A DNA stretch of 64,000 bases from Tubulanus polymorphus (taxonomy: Eukaryota; Animalia; Nemertea): NCBI RefSeq assembly GCF_964204645.1, contig NC_134027.1:16950560-17014559 (forward strand), given 5' to 3'. The notes beneath the pieces were generated by a model. The model was not told where the DNA came from. It ran no database searches and was given only the letters and a program-made list of their open reading frames with translations. A program made the position numbers and the translations under genes. Below, piece after piece: positions 11,283 to 24,474 of the stretch (positions within the stretch are counted from its first letter, which is position 1; each line of letters opens with the position of its first letter).

Positions 11283-14179
11283 GAAAGGCTGAATCCAAGA
11301 ACATGTCTATCGCACTTTTGAGCCCAAACGTCTACTTTTACTTAGTAGCCACTTGAGAACAATAAGCAATTAACGATATCAGCTACTTTTCCAGTAGTAT
11401 ACATTTCAAAACAGTCACTCTGAAATAGTATTCCTTTCAATTCGGTTGGTTTTCTATAGTAACTGTTTCGAAGAGTTTACTATTGAAAAGTGACCATTTT
11501 AAAACATCTGGTTTCGATAGTGCACATTAGCAGTAGAGGTGACTGTTAAACCACCCGCCTGTAAACAGTGACTTTGTGATAGTAACTCCTACCGCAGCAG
11601 CTACTCTCAAAACACATCGTTTCTAAAAGTCAACTATTGAATAGTGACCATTTTGAGATCACTTGCCAGATTCCCTGTTATAAATACACTGTAGCAACAT
11701 ATGCTTCAGATTTGCAGTGATACGTGACAATATAAACATACTGAAAACTCTACTCATGCTATAGTTTGGGGTATAGTTCTATTTAGAGTGACTCAGTTAA
11801 GATCTGAAGATATTGTAGATACTCTTTGAGGATGTGAAATGTGATGATCGATTCCCAACTCTTACCAATAAAAGTCGAAATTGGAGTTAAATTTGTTTAC
11901 AAATTGTCAATAGTTATGTAGTGTTAAAATAAATCGAAATTTCCTTCTTTTCATGGCAATATGATTTAATGCCGACAAATGCAGCTATTTTCAAGCATAG
12001 GTCTGCATTTATTTTTAGTATATTCTTAGATTAAAAGCGCAATCATCAATTCAGGCTATAACCTCTCATTATTGAAATGGTGGTTTATTTTCAATGGGGG
12101 CCTGGATGTCTCTGCATCTTAAGATGTGCATTTCGGAGTGTTCGAATTTCCCTGAAATCATTGATCTTTTTTTTTAAACAAAGTATGCTATATCCGTGTT
12201 GATTTCAAACATTCTAAAGAAATCATCTAAATTGAGCACATATTTGATCAAATCTTTTAAAAGAAACTTTGTATGGTATTCAAGATTTCATTTGGATTAC
12301 GGTAACCTTTGTTGATCGTCACCGGGGTCATGAATGAAGAAATCCCGTGATAGAATTTTAAATATGATAAAATTTGTTAAAGGTGAAACCGCAACGTTTC
12401 GACTGTTGACTAACAGCCATCATCAGGTAGAATGTAGACATTTCTAGTGATAAGGGCTTTTAGTCAGCTTCATTTATCTACAGTTAACACGGTTTAGAGT
12501 ATTTCATTCGACTTCTTCGGGTCCTGTAGCCGTTAAGATCGAAAATTATTTCCGTTTCAGCACAAAAGGGATATACAACCGTGTTGGTCCCTATGAGAGG
12601 GATACCCTCTATATCTGCACCTTAAACCGGTACCTTTGTTGGTTCTAGCCCGCATTCGCTTCCAAATTCAAGTATTGGTAACGTTGGTTTATGATAATTT
12701 GAGAAAAAGAGTTTAGTTGGAGGAAACTGATGATTATCTTATAATTCAGCGATTCATTGGTTCATCTATTCAGAAAAAATAAAATAAAGTCTCATAGAGA
12801 TATTGCGGTGCTAAGTTTATTACTATTAAGGGGTAATTACTTTTGGTTCGTAGTCTTTTGGTGGTTAGTGCAGTTAGTTCATTCGTTCATCAATCACTGT
12901 CTAGTTAGCCAGTGTAATTGATCTGCTGACCGATAGCTGCTGCTGGGTTTTTGATGACCTATATAAACAATTTACTCTAAGTAGGAAAGTATGTGAAACT
13001 GAAATTACAGCCTATCACATTTCTTTCACTTCTTAAGCCAAACGAAGTATTCTCTATCAAATGAAATTGCTGATTTCAAAATTACGTGAACATCTCAACA
13101 CTCAACTCTTATACGCTAATCCTTTGATCTTTTATAATAAGTTGGTAATTTCATTTCAACCAAACCGTATAACTACGAAATAAGATTTTGATCTAGCAAG
13201 CGATAAAACGATTCAATATTCATCAATGAACAAGCAGAGTACAGCATGACAAAGTGAACATCACATGGATTACTTAAAAATCGTTTGTATCGAAATTAAC
13301 AATAAATTCAAGGTTAATTCTAAGTATTTTAGATACATTTTTTTCATAATTAATTTTATGAACATATGATTTTATTTGTATATTCTTCTCTCATATACCC
13401 TCAAAAACAAATTAAGCCTAAGAGACAAATTTATTTTTGTTTTTCTTTTCTACAAAATCAAAGATTTATGAACGCACCAGAATGTTTTATAATCGGAAAT
13501 GTAAAACAAAAATCTTAAAATTCTAAAGATTCTAGGACTGGCACTATATTTTAGTATTAATGGATTTAATCCATGATGATGATATATGAATCAATAGTTT
13601 TCCTATTGGATATTGCCATTTTGTTGAGCGTAATATAATGTATGGGATTCTTGGCAACTCAAAAATTTTGATTTTCTATTCACAGAACTGTATTCAAAGC
13701 ATACAGAGTTCTGTATATAAAGCATATGGGGTTTTGAACCTGTCACGTATCACTGCAAATCTTTAACAGATGCTGCTATTTTGAACAGGAAATAACCATG
13801 CCATCTCCAAATGGTCACTTTTCAATAGTTGACTTTTAGAAACGATGTGTTTTGAGAGTAGCTGCTACGGTAGGAGTTACTATCACAAAGTCACTGTTTA
13901 CAGGCGGGTGGTTTTACAATCACCTCTACTGCTAGTGTGCACTATCGAAACCAGATGTTTTAAAATGGTCACTTTTAAATAGTAAACTCTTCGAAACAGT
14001 TACTATAGAAAACCAACCGAATTGAAAGGAATACTATTTCAGAGTGACTGTTTTGAAATGTATACTACAGGAAAAGTAGCCGATATCGTTAATTGCTTAT
14101 TGTTTTCAAGTGGCTACTAAGTAAAAGTAGACGTTTGGGCTCAAAAGTGGGATAGACATGTTCTTGGATTCAGCCTTTC
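11283..14179. mobile_element. Non-autonomous DNA transposon with ~370-bp TIRs and AATT TSD (Sola-like)
   Basis: GAAAGGCTGAATCCAAGAAC...GTTCTTGGATTCAGCCTTTC; arms ~11283-11655 and ~13806-14179; AATT on both sides; superfamily inferred from the 4-bp AWWT TSD only. Confidence 0.85.
12389..12432 (-). ncRNA. Minimal hammerhead ribozyme motif (Penelope-type)
   Basis: Minus strand CTGATGA-TGGCTGTT-AGTC-AACAGTC-GAAAC-GTT. Confidence 0.6.
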
Positions 14180-14574
14180 AATTTTGCTTTGTTTCTTATC
14201 AATATCTTTATAAAAATAAATCTTCACCTAAAATATCATTATTAATATTTCTAATATGACTTCTAGATTTTAAATGTTGTTCATAATATCTTTTATTACT
14301 GAATGATTGATTACATGTATCACATTTATATATTTCTTTTTCATTCTTTAATTCTTCTAATTTAGTTTCTAATAAATCATCTTTATATTCTAATTTCAAT
14401 TTATTTTCTAAGTGATTTAGTTTTATTATGTCTTGCTTTTTGAGATTTATCTATTTTGATTTTACATGTTGGACAGTGGTACTTCTTATTTTCTTCCATT
14501 TCAATATCGAATTTTTTATTAAAATTGATTTTAGAAGTTATTCATATTCATATATATATATGAATATTATTAAT

Positions 14575-14721
14575 GTAATAGGGAATAAGTCGTTTCATAT
14601 CAAAGGTTGAAGGGGCGAGTGAGTAAAAAAAAATAAATTCGAGCGTGCGAGAATTTAGTTTTTAATTTTCATGAGCTCGACCCTTCGACCTTTGGTATGA
14701 AACAACTTATTCCCTAATACT
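14575..14721. repeat. Polinton A terminal hairpin
   Basis: GTAATAGGGAATAAGTCGTTTCA...TGAAACAACTTATTCCCTAATAC. Confidence 0.88.
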
Positions 14722-15499
14722 CCTGGTAACTGTCGAAAAATTATTTGAATTGCTTTAAATCTGCTTGTACTGTTTTTTCATTTATTCTGCTGAAGAAGGC
14801 CAGGGAGCGGAAACGTTCTAAAATAAATATCATTAGCATCAAAAAAACATACGATTTTTGTACATTCAACATATCTACTGGTAAACTGGCAATTTTCGAG
14901 CAACTGCCCAGGCATTTGGTAATCCTTCAATAAAATGGACTAAAAATCGATGCTTTAGGTCAACTCATCTGTGCTCTGTTGGTCCTATTAAGGCCAAATG
15001 AGGTATTTACTACTAAAACTGACTGAGCATGTTAAATTGAGATATAGATTAGATGCACATGGGCCTATAATTGGCTGATAGAAAATTTGAACTTACCGAG
15101 ATCTAAGCTATATACCGGCTTTATCGGCCACCTCCACGGCCACTAGGTCTTCCGGCTCTTCGGTTCAACTCCAGAAAAAAAGGTCAATATAGTTCCATCG
15201 TGGAGGATTTTCTTAAATGAGGTGAGTGGTTCGGTTTCAAATTGCCGTCAAAAACCTGATAGTCGACCAGTTTTCGCGTCGACAATCGGCAATCAGAAAT
15301 CTGATTGCCTATATCATCATATCGCCGATTGTCGAATCTAGAAATGGTCCACTATCAGGTTTCTGATTACCCCCGTGAAGCTGGCTCCTGGTTCCCGGTT
15401 CCCGGTTCAGCTCCCAATTCAAAATCATTCTAAATCGGGAGTCGAACCAGTAGCTAGCTACCGGTTCCTGGTTCCCAGTTCGGTTCCCAATTCAAAATG

Positions 15500-16300
15500 T
15501 CACTTTCCTATACATTTTGAACCAGTAGCCTGTTCGCGGTTCCCAGTTCAAAATGTGAAGCTGGCTACTTATTGAGAAACTTATTCGATTCGTCTCTATT
15601 GGAGACAGTAGGTAAATGTGATGATTGCGTAACCATGGTGTCTGCTGTTAAGAGCTTGCCACAACCTTGACTTCGGCCACCAGGCTAATCCGGAGACGTC
15701 TAAATTACCACCATGTCTGTGTCGATTTCAATAGTTTCACCAGTCGCTAAGCAACTGTTCCCGTTTCATCTAATTCAGAATGTCAGTTGCAAATTCATTT
15801 TGAAACAGCAGCCCGTACCCGGTTCCAAATGTAAAGCTGGATACATACTGAGAAACTTATTCGATTCGACTCTATTGGAGACAGCAGGTAAATGTGATGA
15901 TTGCGTAACCATGGTGTCTGCTGTTAAGAGCTCGCCACAACCTTGACTTCGGCCACCAGGCTAATCCGGAGACGTCTAAATTACCACCATGTCTGTGCCG
16001 ATTTCAATTGTTTCACCAGTCGCTACGCAACTGTTCCCGTTTCATCTTATTCAGGGTCCAGTTCCACAGTTCTGAGTTAAGATTTGACCCTGGGTTAAAA
16101 CATTGAAAATGAACTAACTTTAACTCAGAGTTAACTCTAACTCACAACTGTGGAACTGGGTCCAGAATGTCAGTTGCAAATTCATTTTGAACCAGTAGCC
16201 CGTTCCCGGTTCCCGGTTTAAAATGTGAAGCTGGCTACTTATTGAGAAACTTATTCGATTCGACTCTATTGCAGACAGCAGGTAAATGTGGTGGTTGTGT
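15500..16300 (+). repeat. Tandem repeat, ~276-bp unit, 2-3 copies
   Basis: GAGAAACTTATTCGATTCG recurs at 15574, 15850 and 16244. Confidence 0.85.
16055..16162. mobile_element. PIF/Harbinger-like MITE, CAG TSD
   Basis: TIR GGTCCAGTTCCACAGTT / AACTGTGGAACTGGGTC; empty site TTCAGAATG in the previous repeat unit (~15775). Confidence 0.8.
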
Positions 16301-17294
16301 AACCCTGTTGTTAAGTGCTAGCCGCCATTTTGACCGACAGTCGAGACGAAGCCAATAAAGACGTCTAAACACAATTGCGTAACCATGTCTGCTGACTGCG
16401 AACGTAGCCCGGAGCGTTAACCTGAACAGCGGCTGTAACTACGACACTAAAGGGGTTAAACTCAGAAATATCTTCTACCATTCGTTGAATGTTTTGTGAA
16501 ATAAGCGAAATCCTCGGAAATTTCTTTCTTTTTAAAATTTGCAACTACGTATTTATCTGGATCGCTGCCGGGCTCTGACAGCCATCAGCTTCTACTACGT
16601 CATCATCCCAATATGAGTGTATAAAGCTACGAGATTGTACTGCGTGACTTGTGATTTGTTGCTAGTTTTTCGCACAGCCAATGGGTTAATGCCCTGGGCG
16701 CGGTTAAGGTAATAATTCGAATTGAAAATGCTTAATTCTGGTTTAGGGGAATTGCAGTGAAAATGTTTTTTTGTATCTATATGTTAGAAACCTTAATAAA
16801 TATATTTTCACAACAGCAGAAAAATATTTCATCTAATACTTTATCCAAAAAGATGGTATTGTAGAGTGCCTGGCCGCCGCGTTTTCTAATGTTTTTTTCG
16901 CCGCTATTTCCACTAAAACACCATAAATCGATTCGGCGTTATGGTTTAACGCATCCTCTGGTATCGATTACTTCCAAAAACCGATAGGGGACCTCTCACG
17001 ACCTCCCTAGAGGCTTGTTACCTATTGAATTGTCTGATTCGTTTGTCGTTACTTATTCGCCAGGTGGCGTGCAGGTATACGCTATCCGCAATCCAGACAT
17101 TTTACGTAATCATATCTACTGTGCTGATAAACAACCTCCTGAAATATTGAGCTGCTTCTTCGTGCGGTCTGTCAACTACCATGGTCAGACATAAATACTG
17201 CATGTATGCTTAAAAAAATTTGAAAAATTTATGAATGGTGCCTGTAAATTACGTGGCCGGAACTGTTACTGCTATACCGCGGAGCGTCATCTTA

Positions 17295-17600
17295 AGCCGC
17301 GATCACACGGAGACGATTTGGCCCGGGCCACATTGACACGGATCAGGGACCGGCCTGAGAGCGCGTTCACACGCAAACCATTCACTCGATACTAAACAAT
17401 GCTGAAACAAAGCGAAGTGGATCATTTCCGTTACCACTTGGAATTAAAATGCAATCATTTGTCTGGTGCTAAAATTTGGTTCGGGCCTGGTCCGACGTTT
17501 TTGGTCGGGCCAAACAGGCTCGGGCCCATTTGGCACCCGTGTGAACAGTAGTTCCGGACCAAATTTGGCACGGGCCAAAAATGCTCGTGTGATCGCGGCT
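17295..17600. mobile_element. PIF/Harbinger-like MITE, TTA TSD
   Basis: TIR AGCCGCGATCACACG / CGTGTGATCGCGGCT flanked by TTA; a related 5' end occurs at ~9823. Confidence 0.82.
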
Positions 17601-17709
17601 TTAATGGTTTCTTGGTTGAATAAACTCACTTAAAAACAAGGCGAATCAAGAGTGGTCACCTGATAGATAAATCTGACTTGAGAGAAATCAATTATCTTGA
17701 TTTAAAGGC

Positions 17710-18243
17710 AGTAATAGGGAATAAGTTGTTTCAAGCCAAAGGTCGAAGGGTCGAAACATAAATTCTCGCACACTCGAATTTATTTTCCGACCCTTCAACC
17801 TTTAACTCGAAACAACTTATTCCCTATTATTCTTAAAATATTCATATATATGAATAGGAATAACTTCTAAAATCAATTTTAATAAAAAATTTGTTATTAA
17901 AATGGAGAGTAAACAAATACACAGTGAATTCTTAGATAGAATCGAAGATACTTCAAACGTCAAATCTGTAGATTATAAATTCAAAAAGTTAACAGAATTA
18001 ACAATTCATAAGACATATCTAATTACAATTATTGATACAGTTACTAATAACTATGGAGATAAATTAGTTATCCACTTAGAATATGAAGGATTATAAGGAA
18101 GTAAATATAAATTCAGAACATATTTACCAGATAGATTTCATAGATTATCAAGTGAAGATTTAGAAGAATTATGTTCAGGTGATTTCTATTTCATATACAA
18201 ATGTAAGAATGAAAAAGGGCACCATGAAATAGATTTCGAATAA
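17710..18243 (+). repeat. Polinton A left TIR (terminal hairpin 17710-17831 plus small gene)
   Basis: Reverse complement of 55889-56405; starts AGTAATAGGG. Confidence 0.88.
17902..18243 (+). pseudogene. TIR-encoded small protein (putative ssDNA-binding/OB-like), premature stop
   Basis: Copy of 55889-56230 with TAA at 18094-18096. Confidence 0.85.
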
Positions 18244-18280
18244 TATAAAATCAATTTTAATAAAAAGATTTGTTATTAAA

Positions 18281-21200
18281 ATGGAAGCAAATAAGTACTA
18301 CTGTCCGACATGTAAAATTAATATAGATAAATCTCAAAAAGCAAGACACAATAAAACTAAAACACATTTACAGAATAAATTGAAATTAGAATATAAAGAT
18401 GATATATTAGAAACTAAATTAGCTGAATTAAAGAATGAAAAAGAAATATATAAATGTGATACATGTAATCAATCATTCAGTGATAAAAGATATTATAAAG
18501 AACATTTAAAATCTGAAAGTAATATTAGAAATAAGAATAATGATATTTTAGGGAAAGATTATTTTGATAATGGTAAAGATAAGAACAGAAGACAATTAAA
18601 AGAATAAAAAATAAAATAAACAATAAAAGGCCATACATGGAAGATGTAATAAATTATATTAATTCATTAGATAAAAGAAAAGAAATAGAAATAACCGATT
18701 CATTCAAAAGTGATATTGGACCAGCTGCAATTGAATTTAAATTTCATAAAGGTAAAACATTAGAAGAAAATAAAAAACATTTAGAAAATATGAAAAATAT
18801 TATAAGAATAATTACAGATGTTGAATACCCTAAAATTAGTATATCTTCTAAAGTTAAATTTATAAAATCTGAAGATAAACCAATACATAATATAAATTCC
18901 CATTCACAACATATTATTTCAAAACAACAGATAGATGAAAAATTAGATAAATGTTATAATGTAGTAAAAACTAAAATAGAAGAGAAATATTTTGAAGGAT
19001 CTGGTTTAATATTTGATGAAATAATAATTATGACTTTACATGTTTAAAACGAAAAATATAATAAGTTAAAACCAATTGATGAAAATAATTTATCATATTA
19101 TAAAGATGATAATATAAATGCATCAAGTTATATCAAATTACCATTTAAAACTAATGCTGTAATAAATGTACAAAATTTTGATGATAAATGTTTTCTATGG
19201 GCAATAATTAGTTGCTTACACCCAGTTGAAGATTATAAACAACATAGTTTTAGATTAACACATTATAAACCATTTGAAAATAATTATAAGATAGACAATT
19301 ATCATGTTAGAATTGAAAATATCCCAAAAATAGAAAGAGATAATAATATAAAGATAAATGTGTTTGATTTAGTCAAATTACCAAAAACAAAAGGTAACAA
19401 TATAAAACATTATACATTAGAACCTCTATACTTATCAAAAGATTATGATTCAAATGATGTTATAGATATATTATATTATGAGAAACATTATATGTGGATT
19501 AAAAGAATTGATTTATTTTTCAAATCAGAAAATGATTTTGATAATAAAATATATCTATGTAGAAAATGTATAACTAAATTCAGAACTGAAAGTGCATTAT
19601 TAAATCATAAACAATTATGTGAAAATCATTATTATTGTAAAATAGTTTTGCCAAATGAAAAAGATAAAATATTAGAATTCAAAAAATATAATTACAAGAA
19701 TAAAGTACCATTTGTAATATATGGAGATTTTGAATCATTAAATAAAGAATTAACTCATCAAGAGAGAAAAGAAATATATCGTAAAAGAAAGAAATTAAAT
19801 TCTAATGAAAATGATATAATTACTTATTCAGATCCTCTAATAACAAATGCTATTAAAAAGATACATCAAAGTGCTGCAGCTTTTGGGTTATATATAAAAT
19901 CTGGTTATCTAGAACTAATTGAAAGTGAATATTATCATTACAGAAATGAAAATGTTATCAATCATTTTTGTGACTTATTAATTGAGTGTGAAATCAAATT
20001 TAGTAAACTATTAGATACAAATAAAGAAATAATTATGACAGAAGAAGATAAAGAAGAATTTGAGTTTGCTGATAAATGTTTTTATTGTGAAAAGATATTT
20101 AATTATAAAGATAAAAAAGTAAGAGACCATGATCATTTGAATGGAAAGTTTAGAGGTGCGGCGCACGAGAATTGTAACTTACAAGCTAAGAAAATCAATT
20201 TTGTTCCAGTAATATTTCATAATTTATCAGGATATGAAGCTCATTTATTCATCAAACAGCTATGTCATAAAATAAAAGAAATCAATAATGAAATAGAAAG
20301 ATTAAATTCAAATAGATCAAAAGATAAAATACCAACTTATAAATTAAAAATGTTAGCTTAAACATCTGAGAATTATATATCTTTCCAATTTGGGTGTCTA
20401 AGATTTATAGATTCATATAGATTTTTAAGCAGTTCATTAGAACTAATCAAAATCATTAGTTGATAATGAATTAAAGATATTAAAACAACGCTACCCAAAT
20501 AATGATGATTTTCAATTAATGAGATATAAAGGAGCAATTCCATAGTTTTTATAAAAATCATAATGATTTCAATATAACTGAATTATTAAAAGAACAATTC
20601 TATGATGAATTAAAAAATGAATATGTTAAAGATGAAGTATATAATAGAACTTTGAATATTTGGAATCATTTTAAAATAACAAATCATGGACAATTAGTAG
20701 ATTTATATTTAAAATCAGATTTATTATTATTCACTGATATATTCGAAAGGTTTAGAGATGTAAACCTGAAATATTTCAATATTGATCCTTGCCATTGTTA
20801 TTCATCACCAGGATTAACTTGGGATTGTGGTTTAAAATTTACAGATATAAAAATGGATTTGTTAACAAATATAGATCAATTATTATTATTTGAAAAATCT
20901 ATAAGAGGAGGAGTTTCAGGTGTATTAGGTGATAGATATTTCAATGTAAATGATAACCCTGGTTATAAGTTATTATATATAGATGCAAATAATCTATATG
21001 GATGGGCAATGATGGAACCACAACCTTATGGAGTATTTGAAATAAGTGAAGTTTTACAACATGAAAATAATGATAAATTTGATTTGAAGAAAAAAATCCT
21101 AGATATTGCAGATGATTCAGATACTGGTTACTTCTTTGTTGTAGACTTAGAATACCCTGAAAACATTAAATTTAAATCTAGAAATCTAGCATACTGTCCC

Positions 21201-23339
21201 GAACATAAAATTGTAACACATGAAGAATTATCAAATTATCAAAAAAGAATTAAACCCGAAAATCATATTCATACAGAAAAGTTAATGGTAACTCAGGAAG
21301 ATAAATATAATTATGTAGTACATTATAGAATGTTGAAGTTTTATTTGAATCAAGGAATGGTTCTAAAAAAAGTACATAGATATATACATTTTAATACCAA
21401 AGAGAGAACTAAAGCTAAAACTGATTTTGAGAAAGATTTCTTCAAGTTAATGAATAATGCATTCTATGGTAAGACTTAAATATTAGAAATAGAAATGATA
21501 TTGAGTTAGTTAGTGATGGTAAAAGAATTAGACATTTACAAACATATCATAAGTTCATAGGTAACAGAATGTTTGATGAAAATTTAGCTGCAGTTAAAAT
21601 GAGAACATCTATGAAATTTAATAAACCAATTTATGTTGGAGCTACAGTTTTAGAAATATCAAAGTTATTAATGTATGAATTCTATTATAACGTATTACAA
21701 CCTCATTTTGGAGAAAAGCATATAGAAATCTTATATTTTGATTCTGTAACAGCTGACACCCCAATATTTTCAAAATATAATAATCAAATGTTTATTAGAA
21801 GAATTTCAGAAATAATTCCAAAACAAAATGAACTTTATATTTCGTATGGTGAAAAAGAATTAATACAAATAAATGGGTTAATGGATATTTGGACAAAAAA
21901 TGGATGGGTGAAATTAAAGAATATAATTAGACATAAAACAAATAAAAAGATTTATAGAGTTAGAACTAAATTAGGAATTGTTGATGTTACAGAAGATCAT
22001 AGTTTAATTAAACAAAATGGTGATGAAATAAAACCAACTGATATAAACATTGGAGATGAATTCTTACATAAAAGATTATACCAAAGAATGAATTATATGT
22101 CATTTGATGAAATAATTGATAATATTTATAATATAGAACCTGAAACATTAGAAGAAAAAGAATATTTTATCAAAGGATTTTTTATGGGAGATGGATCGGC
22201 AGGTGTGTATAAATTTGTTATTGGAACTAAATATTGTTGGTATTCATGCAATCAAGATTTGAAATTACTAGAAAGAATTTAAAAAATACTGTGAACAAGT
22301 TTACTCAAATAAAACATTTAGAATAGTGGATCATATGAAATCAACAGCAGTTTATAGAATACTTGTAAATAACCCTTAAGATTTTGCTATAAAATATAAT
22401 GACGAATTCTATATTCATGCAATAGTTAAAAGTAATACTTCAACTAAAGAAATGATAGTGCCGGATTATGTATTGAATGCAGAATATAATCTTAGAAAAT
22501 GGTTCTTCATTGGATTCTACGCAGCAGATGGTTCAAAAGACTATACAAAACAGAAAACTATATCTTTGACACAAAAAGGAAAAGTTGCCATATCAGGACT
22601 AAATATATTATGCAATTCATTAGGATTTAATATGTTAGTTAATATTAGAAAGGATAAACCAAATGTATTTCAATTAACACATGTAGAAAATGAACTAACA
22701 GAAGAAGTTAGAGATTTATTTGAAATATGCAATCCTACAGAATATGTTTATGATTTAACAACTGAAGATGGTACATTTAATTGTGGATTTCCATTAATAA
22801 TAAAAAATACTGACAGTTACATATTAAAGATAAAAACTAATAACTTTACTGATGATTTAAAAACATTAAAACATCATTTCGATTTTAGTAATTATCCTAA
22901 AGATCATGAATTGTTTAACAATGATAATAAAAAGGTGCCTGGTAAATTCAAAGATGAATTAGGTGGTGAAGAAATGATTGAATTCATTGGTATTAGATCT
23001 AAAATGTATTCATATAAAACTAAAACTCATGAATCAAAGAAATTGAAAGGAATTACTAAAAGTGTAGTAGAAAAAAATATTCATTTCAAAGATTACATCA
23101 ATTGTATATTCAATGAAGAAGTTAGAAAACATAAGATGAAATGTTTAAGATTAGAATATCATGAAATGTTTATTGAAGAGATAGAGAAAATAAGTTTGAA
23201 CCCATTTGATGATAAAAGATATATTTTAGATGATGGTATACACACAGTTGCTAATGGTTGCAATTTAGATGAATACTTTAAATTTAAAAGAGAAGAAACA
23301 AAAGAGAATGAAATATTGAAAAGGATTCTAACGTGTTAA
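18281..23339 (+). pseudogene. polB: Protein-primed DNA polymerase B (pPolB) of Polinton A, intein-containing, fragmented
   Basis: N-terminal C2H2 fingers, vOTU-like (KCFLW..HYMWIK), YGDFES exo I, EndoVII DHDH, FHNLSGY, YIDANNLYG, KLMNNAFYGKT, YFD^TDS, GKFKDE, KMY motifs; stops and frameshifts. Confidence 0.95.
21743..22808 (+). mobile_element. Intein with LAGLIDADG homing endonuclease in pPolB A (disrupted)
   Basis: YFD|SVTADTP...TEDH...KGFFMGDG...IGFYAADG...YVYDL...IIKN|TDS; +1 frameshift near 22280 and stop near 22377. Confidence 0.93.
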
Positions 23340-23367
23340 TCAATTTTAATAAAAATATATACTATTA

Positions 23368-24066
23368 ATGGAGCCGGAACAATCGCAAACTATCAATAAT
23401 ACTGGGGTTATAAATATATACTATAAGAAATGTTCTAAATGTGAATTGAATAAACAATCTTCAGAATATTATGAAGATAAATATTCTAAAGATGGTAAGC
23501 AAAGTTACTGTAAAACTTGTAGTAAACTATATAATAAACAATATCAAGCAAATAATCCAAATTATTCAACAGAATATTATATGAATAATATTGAAAAATT
23601 CAAAGTTAAAAATAAAAAATGGAGAGAAAATCATCGAGATTATAAAACACAATATATGAGAGAATGGAGGGATAATAATCGTGAACATTATAAAGAATAT
23701 ATTAATATTTATCAAAAAGAAAGGCGCCGAACAGATTTTAATTTAAAATTGAAAAAATATCTAAGTTCTAGATTATCAAATTTATTCAGTAAAGACAAAC
23801 ACTCAGAAACACTATATAATTCGCTAGATTGTTCAGATGAATTCTTAAAATCATGGATTATATATAAGTTCAATGGTTAAATGAATACAAATAATTATGG
23901 AGATTATTTTTATATTGATCATGTGTTACCAATATCTAAATTTAACATGAGTGATGAATACAATAAAAAAGTAATTTGGAATTGGAAGAATCTAAGGCCT
24001 CTTGAAAAGAAAGAAAATAAAATAAAATTTAATAAACTAGATTTACTGTTATATTTAGAACAGTAA
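23368..24066 (+). pseudogene. Free-standing HNH-type endonuclease with N-terminal CxxC..CxxC finger
   Basis: KKCSKC...DG..SYCKTC; NYG...IDHVLP...F......W.NLRPL...EN..K; one in-frame stop at 23878-23880. Confidence 0.8.
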
Positions 24067-24474
24067 ACAAAGGCAAAGAAATTTATTGAACAATGGAATA
24101 GTGATCCAAATAATGAACAATATGTTGAATCTTTATTGAGTGGTTAAAGATTAATATATTTCAAATAAAATATATTAAAAATTACATATCTTCAACAAGC
24201 CATTATTTCTATTCTATTTTTTTCAAAAATCTATTATTTCTTTTCAAAAGGAGAAAACTTTATATCACAAATAAAAAATACTAAAAAAACAATAACTAAT
24301 ACTATAATTCTTACGCTTTATTTCAATTAGGTGGAATAATGACATTAATTTCTACTGGTGTTATAACATTTTCTAACATCAAACCTATAGTATGTAAAGA
24401 TAATAAATCAGAAGATGGTGCCGTATGGCACCCACACTAAGATATTGAATCAGAACAAAAATTAACTAAAATAA

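Larger units (their letters stand above)
6137..14499 (-). pseudogene. Polinton A pPolB fragment
   Basis: YIDANNLYGWAM, DLYLKSDV, RFIDSYRF, VRDHDHL.G.FRGAAH..CN motifs; many frameshifts; ends before the intein site. Confidence 0.9.
6137..14721 (-). mobile_element. Decayed Polinton A copy (hairpin end at 14721), interrupted by two DNA elements
   Basis: Hairpin 14575-14721; pPolB pieces collinear with 18281-21390 across the insertions. Confidence 0.88.

Noticed and set aside
21743-22808. Hedgehog Hint domain or group I intron ORF instead of an intein
   Set aside because: In-frame insertion in PolB motif C with S...N|T junctions and an internal LAGLIDADG pair is diagnostic of an intein
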